A stretch of DNA of 62,774 nucleotides, counting the filler, from Dimargaris cristalligena (lineage: Eukaryota), in assembly GCA_003614675.1 (NCBI GenBank). It is 28 parts of 28 records of this genome, joined end to end, with 100 filler letters (N's around TTAATTAATTAA, not from the genome) between each part and the next. Parts side by side here need not be neighbours in the genome. Positions count along the whole stretch, not along the records: positions 11,341 to 13,500 come from ML004335.1; positions 13,601 to 15,756 come from ML004336.1; positions 15,857 to 18,010 come from ML004337.1; positions 18,111 to 20,262 come from ML004338.1; positions 20,363 to 22,514 come from ML004339.1; 23 more parts are not named here. The stretch is one strand, 5' to 3'. Shown here piece after piece: positions 11,849-22,614 of the stretch. Within the stretch, counting starts at the first letter, position 1, and each line of letters starts with the position of its first letter. The position numbers were made by a program, and so were the translations under genes. The notes beneath the pieces are model-generated. The model saw only the letters and a program-made list of their open reading frames with translations. It did no database searches and was not told the origin of the DNA.

Positions 11849-12809
11849 GGCAGCGACGGTGAGACAGTAACCGATGTAGGGGAGAAAAGCTGGAGAGAGG
11901 TGGTTGGTGACGGATCGACCAAATCAATTATGAGCCGGAGCAAACAGCACTGGCTTTATGAATCGGCGAGTTAACACGTGTATTATACAGTAAAGTATGG
12001 ATCACGGTAGGGGGGACGTAATATAATAGAAATGAACGTGGGGTTGGGAGTTTAGGCATGAGCCAAATGGCAGAAGGGTAATGGTAAATTGAAAACTGAC
12101 GGAGGTAAGTGGGAAAAGGGGGGAGGCGAACAATTAAGAGCAATGTATGAGGATAAGACTCTGCAAAGCCGTCTGTTTTGAAAATCCCTACCGTGGTTAT
12201 TTCAATACAAACAAGCAACCATAAATGTACGGGCCGCTGGTTGGGCTAATCCCCCACTTGAGGGATTTGAAGACTTGAACCGAAAGTGGTGGTGAGTTTA
12301 ACAAGTAACGATGGCCAGTGGGGGCTGAACCACGCCCTGACGTGTAGGTAAGCAATGCATTTTGCCAATGCCCCTCCTCTATGTAACAGTGTGGTGCTAA
12401 TTTGCCCTGGCAATTGAATTCAGCCCTGTCAAAAAAGCTTGGGGTTGTGTAAGAATGCTTCATTGGCAGCAAGCTAGACGGCTGGACAAATGCGCGTGGT
12501 ATGTCCCAATCTTCAGCTCAAAAAAAAAAAGAAAAAACGGGCATTGGCAACTGCCGTTATTGTAATATCAGTTGTAACTCATTTGAAAGGAAACCCAAAG
12601 GCATGAGCCATATAATATAGATTTAAATAGGGCGGGCCACAGGCCCCCAATAAAAAACCTATTGTGGTTTTCCTTCATTTATCAGTACTATTCCTTGTGA
12701 TGTACCATAATGTACTACTATCACTTTATAGAGTCTGGTGAGGCTATGTCTATTACTTACTCTTGCCTAATCAAGGCTACCACATTAACCAATATATTCC
12801 CTTTACTTA

Positions 12810-13382
12810 TATTACCCCACCTAACCATCCTTAATCTGGCCTAGTTAGGCTTGTCAATATATTAGGCCTTATTATACCATATTAGATTTCTAATAGCCAC
12901 ACCTAGCACAATGAGATCATTATATATTATTATAAAATCTCTCCCCTACCTAACCTCTATACCTTTTACACTAATTACTTAAGTGCTAATTAATATCTCT
13001 TCCAGATACCAGTAGCCATCTGGCCAGTTTATCTACCTATACTCTAATCTTGGTAGTATTCCCCCTGGGATCTCCCCTCTCTAGAGTTATCCCCATATAT
13101 ATATAACTAGGCCCCACTGGGACCAGTTAGATAGCTTAGCTTATTCTTACCCCTAGTTTACCCCCAATAAACTCTACATATACTCACCCCCCCATACCAA
13201 CTAGTAAGTATGCCCACTGCATATCCCCTGCTTATACCTGTACTTGGCCTTTATTAGTTAGTACTATACCTATACCTGATGCTAGTAGCCCACTTGGCCA
13301 AGCCTAAGCCCTGCCTACTATTAGAAGCCTATCCTTTACCTTAGGACTCTTGACAGACTAAGAGTAGTTAACCTGGGTAATA
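12810..13382 (+). mobile_element. LTR family A copy, heavily AT-shifted
   Basis: 3' half aligns well with 7330..7664; ends GGGTAATA versus GGTGACA; 5' boundary approximate. Confidence 0.8.
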
Positions 13383-13449
13383 CCCACCTAACCAGAAACA
13401 CATCCAGGATTTTTCTGTTGATGATAATGATAGTGATTTAGATGATGGC

Positions 13450-13500
13450 TGTAAAGAACTGAAATCAAATCCTTGAAAACTGAACTTTATTTGAAAAGAT
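13450..13500 (-). mobile_element. LTR family B, 3' end
   Basis: TGTAAAGAACTGAAATCAAATCCTTGAAAACTGAACTTTATTTGAAAAGAT at contig end. Confidence 0.85.
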
Positions 13501-13600
13501 NNNNNNNNNNNNNNNNNNNNNNNNNNNNNNNNNNNNNNNNNNNNTTAATTAATTAANNNNNNNNNNNNNNNNNNNNNNNNNNNNNNNNNNNNNNNNNNNN

Positions 13601-13701
13601 CAGGGGCAGGGGCTCATTCACTCATCAGGGGCGTACTTCCGATAAGTGCAAAAAATAGATAAAAAATAAAAGTAGGTAAAAAATGTGGTAAGTTCACCAC
13701 A
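13601..13701 (-). mobile_element. LTR family B, 5' end, nested in LTR A
   Basis: Matches 4878..4979; followed directly by ACCCCCAGCACTATGGG from the interior of LTR A. Confidence 0.8.
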
Positions 13702-14192
13702 ACCCCCAGCACTATGGGATCATCCTATATGATATAACTATTCCCTTCCTGGACTCCAGAGTTCCCATTAATCACTCCTGGGCTGATCTAACAACTCTTC
13801 CAGTTCCCAGCAGTCTTCCAAGCCCTCACACCCATCTGGTTAGCTATTTTACCCATCAGTAGTCTTAGTAGTACCTTCCTTCAGGGACCTCCCTTTGGAG
13901 TTGTCCCCCATATATATATAACCAACCCCCACTGGGACTGGTTAGATTCCTTAGCTTATTTCTATCCCTCCATTTATCTCAATAAACCCTATATATGCTC
14001 ACCCCCTTATATTGACCAGTAAGTATGCCTACTGCACACCCCTTGCATAGCAGACTGCATAGGCCTTTATTGGTTAGTATTATACCTGTACCTGATGCTA
14101 GTAGCCTTCTTGGCCAAGTCTAAGCCCCACCTACCATTAGAAGCCTACCCTCAGGACTCTTGACAGACTAAGAGTGGCTAACCCAGGTGACA
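13702..14192 (+). mobile_element. LTR family A copy (3' ~490 bp)
   Basis: Aligns with 7169..7664; ends CCCAGGTGACA. Confidence 0.85.
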
Positions 14193-15856
14193 GTGACCAT
14201 ACTGTTGCAGTTAGATTTGAGATGCTAATTAGAAGATAAGTCTATGGCCATTCAACTGAGGATTTATTAGCCTAAATGATGTCAGTTATAGTGGACCAAG
14301 AGAGGAGGGAGTAGTGACTGGTCATCCCAATTCTTATTAAAAGGGGTGCTGATATCTTTGATACCTTGCCATTTATACAATCATGGTAACAAGGCATTGT
14401 ATTATAAATGTACTCTTGGTGATATTCACCTGGGCATAATGGCCTCACCCTTATATGACAATCTTGGGTTGGACAAGCCACAGAGTGGTTGTTTAGTTGG
14501 AATGGATTTCTGGAAAGAAGTGATTTGAAATTGATGGGAGTGAAGTGTCCGTGGAGTCTCTATGGACTCTTATTGACTTTATGGACACTGCCCTCCCCAG
14601 CCTTAATAGTACAATGACCTTGGCCACAATGTTTAACCAAAGTGGCTGGACCAATAGAAGCGGATACTCTAATCACCAGCATGGTCGATATATATGTAGT
14701 TAGTGAATGGGGGGACAAATTGAAAGGGAAAACGGGCTGGTTTTAGGGTGGTCATGACAGGGTTGGCCACCATGAAGTCCACGTCAGCGATGGACACTAT
14801 GCTCGGCATCAAACAGATCTACAGCCAACATGCGCTGGAAGTATAAGCCAATAGTGTAAAAATTGGTTATAGAAGCGCCTAGGAGTCCTATGCTAGGGGA
14901 TGGGCGGAAGTTGGAGTTATGTGGAACTAAGGTGCCCAATACTAAAACGATTATTATTATTTACAAGATTAGCGTAGTAGACTGGGGAAACCCATTGCTT
15001 TAGTCAGTTGGACAACACATAGGCGCCCATGATTAAACGTCGGGGTTTCAGGCGGAACGAAGCGCTAAGTCGGAACACTGGTACTTCTGGTCTAAGCTGA
15101 AGGTATTTACCGACTAATACAAGTATTTTATAAGCCATGAAGGGTTCCTATAAATGACTTCATTGTTAGCGCCAAATTATTTGCTGGGGGATACTCAAAC
15201 CGGTGGTGGGATAAATATATAACCGCAGGGGGGGAATGGAAAACGTCTAACTTATTACTACCAAGGGGCCGCAAATATTATGGACACGGTTAATTGATGG
15301 GCTGTACAGTACTTTGGGCCGGGGTCGGCTAGTTTGGATGGCGTGGCACCTTTACCTTGAATGAAACAGTAAAGCAAGACGTGTTTGCACTATGTTCCGT
15401 CGGCGGCCTTAATATCGAGAGATATACCTATTTGAGGAATTAAATTTAGATGATGGTGAGTTGCATTGGGAGGCGATAGAATGGGCCACTGGTTTATCAG
15501 ACAAGTGCCCTTGGACATAAGAACTGGGTCAGATGGTTTTGGCATGCGGATTATAAGGCTGATATCCCCAATTGGCCGTATAAAAGGGGCCTACTGGACG
15601 ATGGAATATGAGAGAAGTCCATCCAAACTGTATAACGAAAAATCCATTAGATTCGGCCAATATTACTAGTTAAAACTACATTTCCCATATATTTTCCCAT
15701 ACACGTATAATGAATACTACGGGGATTCGGTGAATATCACCAACTACAGTTTGACTNNNNNNNNNNNNNNNNNNNNNNNNNNNNNNNNNNNNNNNNNNNN
15801 TTAATTAATTAANNNNNNNNNNNNNNNNNNNNNNNNNNNNNNNNNNNNNNNNNNNN

Positions 15857-16150
15857 TTTTTCTGCCTTGGTGGTGACCTTGTCCTGTGGCCCCCCTCCTT
15901 ACTGATAAAAACAACAACCCCTGTCCAGCTAAGTGGGTTGGTTGTCATAAGGGCTTGGTTTCTTCCCAGGGTCTGTTCTTTATTCGACCTCCTGTCTTTT
16001 CCCTCTACATCTGTAGCTCTTGAGGGTTTTTGAGCCATCTATCCTTTAATATGTTCCCTGTGGATAGCAAATTATGACCAAAAGGTCACCTGCCTTAGAT
16101 TTACTTTAAATAAAACTCTACTTCATCTGAGCCAAGCAGGCATTATAAAA
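15857..16150 (-). repeat. Dispersed repeat family D (unclassified)
   Basis: Reverse complement aligns with 53625..53810; GCCTGTTTGGCTCAG also ends the contig at 42702..42716. Confidence 0.75.
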
Positions 16151-17541
16151 ATATAAAGATGGGTACTGAACATACTTAAGCTTTGGTGATGTCACCAATG
16201 ATGTACCTTACAATCATTAATCAAATATGACCTTTTTACTATATTTAGTTTAGTTTATCAATTTAAATACTATATCATATCCATATTTCATTTATCACAT
16301 TATATATCATATTCATATTCATATATCTCTTTATATATCATTTATACCGTCTATTTTTCTTTTATCTTAAGTATACAATAGCAGAACTAGCATAGATATA
16401 ATAATACATTATGTCTACTGCACAATATTTCTAGGGTATAAATACCCCTTCAAATCACAACTTGAATAAAACATCTTGATTTTGTACTTGTTTACTTAGT
16501 ATAGAATTGTATCAGCTTATAGTCCACAGTTCTCCACCTATTTCAGACTATTGATTATTATTTACTAGTGTCTAGGTATTTTTCGCTACTCTATAGCTAT
16601 GGGGACTTTTTATTTATTTTACTTCATCAAGTTTTTCCCATCACTGCACAATAAACATATTTTTGCAGCTTTAAACTACATTTAAGCCTTAATAATGACA
16701 TACCAAATGTTCCTCTTATATTAATATCCAATACCTTCCTGTGTATATTTTAATTTAGTACTTCTCAATTGCCCCATGAGGTCATATTAATTAATCAGAG
16801 GTGCTCTTGAAAAAACCCAAAAAATTATTCAATCTGGAGCTATATAGATAATATTATAAAGTAGTATAAATCCTCCCCCCTTTCCAAATAAAAAGGCAGA
16901 ACCTGAATTGATATCTTTTCTAACTTGTCACTGATAATAAAAACTGATCAGGTAAGTATAGAATGAGGGCTGTCAGCTGATATATACCACTGATTCACAG
17001 TCAAACTGACAAAATAGAAAATTACATCAATCCAAAAGGCCTTTAATGAAGGGAGATTCCCAATAATATTATAGGTTACTTGTTCATGTCAGGAGAGTGA
17101 GCATAAATGAGTAAATAAAAGGGCCAGAAAAGATTGATGGGGCAAATCTGGAAAATGAAGGCAGCTGTAAAATATATAAAATCAATAGAACCAATAACCG
17201 AGAATACTTAGATCAATACCCTTAAAGTCAATAGGAACACACACCACATCAGTTCTGATAGAAAATTTACTCTGACAGGAGGGGTATCCTCTCTTGACCA
17301 GGGTGGTTTAAAGATGATATAGGCACATGGGAATACTACTATTGCAAAAATATGGGATATGTCTTAGTTGAGCAGTATATTCTAGTTAGTCAATAGATGT
17401 GGGGGCTCTAAAGGGGTATAACCTGAGATAGAAACAAACCCCCTATTGGCAAACCCCCTTAACTAATGGATAGCTTCTTTACCCTCTAATCTAGGGGATA
17501 TGTACTGCACTACATTCAGGTTATTAGTGTAATAACAATAG

Positions 17542-17902
17542 TATCAGCCCTCCTAATCTGACTTAATCTGGACCTAATGATTGTCCATCCTTATTAGATC
17601 TTATAGTGCCATATTAACCCTCCCATAGTCACCCCCAGTACTATGGGGTCCTCACTTATTATATAACCCTTCTCCTTCCAGCCCCAATGCTTTGCACGCT
17701 AAACACTCAACTTGCTGATCTAAGACTATTCCAGTTCCCATAACAGTCTTCCCAATGTGACACCATTTGGTTGGATTCTCATCTACCTATACCTTAGTCT
17801 TAGTAGTATTTTCCTTAGGACCTCCCTCTGGAGTTACCCTTGTATATATATAACCAGGCCCCACTGGGACTGGTTCAATTCTTTAGCTTATTCATATCCC
17901 CT
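17542..17902 (+). mobile_element. LTR family A copy interrupted by LTR B
   Basis: Starts TATCAGCCCTCCTAATCTG; homology stops at 17902 where LTR B begins. Confidence 0.85.
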
Positions 17903-18006
17903 TGTGAAAAACTGAGCTCAAATCCTTGAAAACTGAACTTTATTTGAAAAGATAGGTGATAAAAAGGGAAAGGTGATGATAGACTTGCTGTTCCAAGAGG
18001 TGGCAG
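17903..18006 (-). mobile_element. LTR family B, 3' end
   Basis: TGTGAAAAACTGAGCTCAAATCCTTG...CCAAGAGGTGGCAG matches 26892.. and 53992..54156. Confidence 0.85.
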
Positions 18007-18110
18007 GCTGNNNNNNNNNNNNNNNNNNNNNNNNNNNNNNNNNNNNNNNNNNNNTTAATTAATTAANNNNNNNNNNNNNNNNNNNNNNNNNNNNNNNNNN
18101 NNNNNNNNNN

Positions 18111-18891
18111 GAGGCCCAATACCCTCGGTATTTTCGACGGAATTGCCTATAGGAGCCGGCTCCAATGCGGTGGCCTGAGTCGCAGGCAAGTCGGCCATGA
18201 CAATATCGCCGTCATTAGTTTCCAATATGGATAGCGAGGTGCCAGCACTAACAGAATCCAAATCTGAAGAAATAAAAAGTGATTCAGCGAAATACCTCGC
18301 AAGCTGGTCAATTGTATCATCACAATCTTCGGGCTTGCTGGTTAATATGTTAGTCAGAGCCGGCTCTGACACAACAACCGGAGCTGGGGCGGGCTGGACT
18401 ACAGCTATATCATTCACCAGGGCATTATCCGGAGATATCCTAATGATGTTATTAGCTAAATGGGGCCGCGAGTAAATGACCGGTGCACATGTGTTATAAT
18501 GGGAATACTGATAGATGGGCTTAGTTATAAGGGGCAAGGTATCAGGTAACCTGGCCGAGGCCTTTGAAGGATTTCTCCATGGCCTAGTACATTGGCTCCT
18601 ATATGGTATCTTAAAGTAAGGAGATGATGAATAAGATGAACTATAATTATTATTTAAATTAATTGGAATGGAAATATATTCATCTGTAGAATGGGGCTTG
18701 GTGCAACTCACCAAGCCCGTGGTTGAATAAGTAATCACTGGGGCACTATATAGCCCATATATCAGCCTAGAAAGGCTGATAATGGCCCAAATGGCCCCAG
18801 TTAAAAAAGTAAAAAAGCCATCTAAGGCTGTATAAAGGGAATCAAATACCCATAAACTAAGTATGGGGTAGTAAAAACATGTGGGCAACAT
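18111..18891 (-). CDS. Hypothetical protein with hydrophobic N-terminus, 3'-truncated
   Basis: About 260 open codons from ATG 18891 to the contig edge; no recognisable domain. Confidence 0.55.
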
Positions 18892-19283
18892 TTTTAATTT
18901 TAATAATTGTAATAAAAAAAACTAATAGTATTAGATTTATTGGGTGGAATTTGGCCCCTTTTTATTCTTTCTAGGGTGCTTTAGAGATATATTAGTATAC
19001 TATATTAGTTAGAGATATTCTATACTAAGTAATATCCCCTATTCCTTCCCTTTGTAAGTATGGCTTAAACTGATGCAAAATAATGCATCCTGTCTCTAAT
19101 TGACTCTTCACTCCATATTTTTACTATACTTTCCCATATAGTTTTTATTATAATTGATGCCTTTATTTTATCTGCACTATCTTCTCACTCCATTTAGAAA
19201 CTTATACTGGTTTTTATTTATGCTATTTAGAATATATTTTGTATCTATCACTTTGTTGGGCCATACTACTCATACCTAATACT

Positions 19284-19901
19284 ATGGTTAACCCTGCCAC
19301 CTATGACACCTGGTCTCTTATTGCTGTTGCTCTTGTTGGACTGAGTCAGTCAGCCCCTATGCACAACAACAATAACAATACTGCAAACCACAGAACTGGG
19401 AACTACTATCCTAACTGAAGCAGCTCTTCCAGCAACGACAGCATGGGCCAAAACAGCACCAATGACAACTCCCGCATCCAGCCCCTTTCACTGTCCCGCA
19501 GCGCAGCGGGAATGGGCCCAGAACTTACTAATGGGCAGCTTAATTAATTTCTCCTTGGGGATTTAGATTTGATTCTGGAGCGGATCGCAAGTGCACCGGT
19601 TATCCCCCGCGGGGTCCAAGGACCCGCCGAATTTAAGGACTTCCTCGATCTGAAGGCTTATTTCCAGACGATGAGCGTGGCCCAGTTCCAACAGCACGCT
19701 ACTATCGTGGACTCGATGTTCGATAGATACCTCCTAAGCAACAGCCGGAGGAAGGGTATGATGTTGGTGTACCTCAGTGAAAAACAAAAACGGGGCGTCT
19801 CATTCTGCGAACGAGATATAATGGCCTTGCCGATTTTAAGTGAATGGCTTGCCCAGGTTCAGAGCCTGCTGAACAGGCAGCCGTCCGCCCATACCACTTA
19901 G
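19284..19901 (+). pseudogene. Secreted-protein pseudogene
   Basis: MVNPATYDTWSLIAVALVGLSQSAP... is in frame with ORF 19569..19901 but has in-frame TGA (19416) and TAA (19545). Confidence 0.65.
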
Positions 19902-20362
19902 CAATAGCCCGGTTAACTTTTTCACAGTGCCCAGGCGCGCCTTTTCACTGGCGGGGATCAGTTTTTATAATAAACAGGTTTACCATCGATAATAAAACTG
20001 TATATACAGTGGTATGGACTGAGGTTCACTACATGTTCGGCATGTCCAATGTGAAGCGGTGGTCAGTATGGAAGACAGTTGGGCCATGCTGGTTTTTAAA
20101 AGGAATGACGGATATGCAACTAATATGCGTTAAACACTGAGGACTCCCCTGCTCTAAGATTTTCGGCGCCTTCCGCTGGCAACCTCCTACCTTCCCTCGG
20201 GTCAATTCAGGACAATCAAATGTAATGTGGGCAGATTGTGGCAGGGAGGGTACGACGGGGACNNNNNNNNNNNNNNNNNNNNNNNNNNNNNNNNNNNNNN
20301 NNNNNNTTAATTAATTAANNNNNNNNNNNNNNNNNNNNNNNNNNNNNNNNNNNNNNNNNNNN

Positions 20363-22514
20363 TCTGGGAGCATCTGGTTCAGTGGCCGGTAGTCATGGCA
20401 TGGTCGGATGTCGGTGAGATTTCCTTGGGCATCCTTTTTGGGGATGATGAACATGGGAGTGTTGAATGCACAGTCGACTGGTGCAATCCCAATGATACCG
20501 TCAGTGAGCCACTGGTCAATCAGCTTGTTCACCTCGGGCTGGAGCTTGTGTGGAATCGGATACTGACATCTGTATGTTGCTTGTCCTGGTGGTGTGGGAA
20601 GACTAATCTCGGCCTCGGGAATCGGACAGGGCTCATGAGGGCTGATAGCCTTGTTCTCATCAAGGAGTTCTTGCAGGTTAGCTAGGATGGATTCCTTGGC
20701 TCTCATGTAGTCAATGTGCTCATCATCAAATGACCGGGTCTGGAGTTCATTGGGGACAACAAGTGGGGTTACCTCATCCAAAATCTGAGGGTGTGCTGCT
20801 GGATAAGTGTGGGGAAGACCGGTGATGTTGATCCCTAAGTGTTGAAAGCTATCTCTCCCAATAATAATGGGAGATCCTTCAAAGTCCTGGAGAACTTCGA
20901 ATGAAACACTGGCAGTGTGTGAGCCACACTTAACCTCAATGGGGTCTGTAATACCAATTCGGGGTTGAGTCATGGCCATAGTGAAACCCTGGATAACACC
21001 AGTCGCAGGTGTAACTGGGATGCAATGTTCATGGCAGAAGGCCTCAAGAATAACAGACTTTGAGGCACCAGTATCCAAGAAGCCAAAAGTTTGGACATCT
21101 CGGACAATAATAGGCATCTCAATGATCTGGTTCTCCTCAATAGAGCCGACTTCATTGACCACTTGCAAAACTCGAATGTTGGCAGCTGGGGTGTATGGTG
21201 TCTTGGGGGCATTCTTCTTAGGACAACTTGATGCATAGTGGCCTTGCGTCTGACACTTGAAGCATGTGACCACAGGACTGGGGGTTCCTGGCTCGTCTGG
21301 TGAACTCGGTGATCTCGCCTGAGAGTTGTTTGGACGTCTGGTCAGGCCTCGGCACTCCTGGGTGGAGTGTGAACTAGACTTGTGGTTGCTGCACCAAGTC
21401 TTTTTGAAAGGAGAGGGAGTAGACGTACTCCTCTGTGGTGTCATCGGTGATGCAATATCCGAATATTGCAGTGCATAGTGGCTGATCGATGCCACTGTCA
21501 CCGGGGAAATAGAGCCATTGTGAATGGCTGTCTCGACATGGAACTTGACCTGTGGTGGAATGGCCCGCAGGAATCGTCTCGCTGCAGTATAGTCAGAAGG
21601 CTCGGTGCCTGCTCTGGACATGAGTACTTGGTACCGTTTGGTGAAGTCACTCAAAGACTCCTTCTGGTGCATGGTGGTGGTCAACAGCTCATCCAGTGCC
21701 TGGTCCTGACTAGCTGGGTCGCCAAACTCTCTAATAAAGAACTCACAGAAGTGTTGGTAAGGCATGTCAAGGTCGACACACTGGATTAACCAACGACTAT
21801 CTTGTAGGTTCAAGCATAGGGGGAGTAAGCGGGCCCAGTGATCATCAAGGACTAATGCACTGGCCCTCAAGGTTAATTCAAACCTATGGAGGAAATTGTC
21901 GGGGTTCGATTCGGTGTTCGCGCCATCTCGGAATCGCGGCAGGTCTCTCGGAACCTGGGTAGAACGCTCGGTGCAGTGGCTATTCTTTTGTTTCTCAGTC
22001 GGAGTCTTCAAAATCGCATTGAAGATCTGGACAGCTGTAGCCTGCGTATCTCGGAGAGTTTCCAAGTCAGCAGTACAATCATCTCGGAGGTCACACCAGT
22101 TTTCCATTTTAGCTTGGTGTTCCTTGCGTCTGTCCCCCTGGTGCATTGGTGTGTCGAACTTGAGTTGAATGTACTGGCTAATCTTATCATTAGCTGCTGT
22201 GATACGGCGGCTGAGTCGTCCAATCAGCTCCTCCGTAGTTTGTGTTGTCGTCGTGGATTGGGTCTGACTAGCTGATGGGCTAGGTCTTTCATCGGCAAAG
22301 TGGACAGATGACAGAGTGGGTTGGGTGTGTAAAAGAGAGGATAATAAAAGAAAGAAACTTAGTACTCCAGTGTATAGGTTGTATCTTACGGCTAATACAA
22401 CCAAATACAAATATGTAAATAGGTAAGAAAAGAATAATCAAAAGTGAGAAAGGGTTTGGTGGGCATACCCCCGATTACTCAGCGTCTTATCAGCAGCCCA
22501 ATCAATACAGGATT
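20363..22514 (-). mobile_element. Ty3/Gypsy gag-protease-start of RT, copy 1 (uninterrupted frame)
   Basis: Gag core, knuckles CSNHKSSSHSTQEC and CFKCQTQGHYASSC, protease FLDTGAS, RT start FNTPMFIIPKK...RPCHDYRPLN. Confidence 0.95.
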
Positions 22515-22614
22515 NNNNNNNNNNNNNNNNNNNNNNNNNNNNNNNNNNNNNNNNNNNNTTAATTAATTAANNNNNNNNNNNNNNNNNNNNNNNNNNNNNN
22601 NNNNNNNNNNNNNN

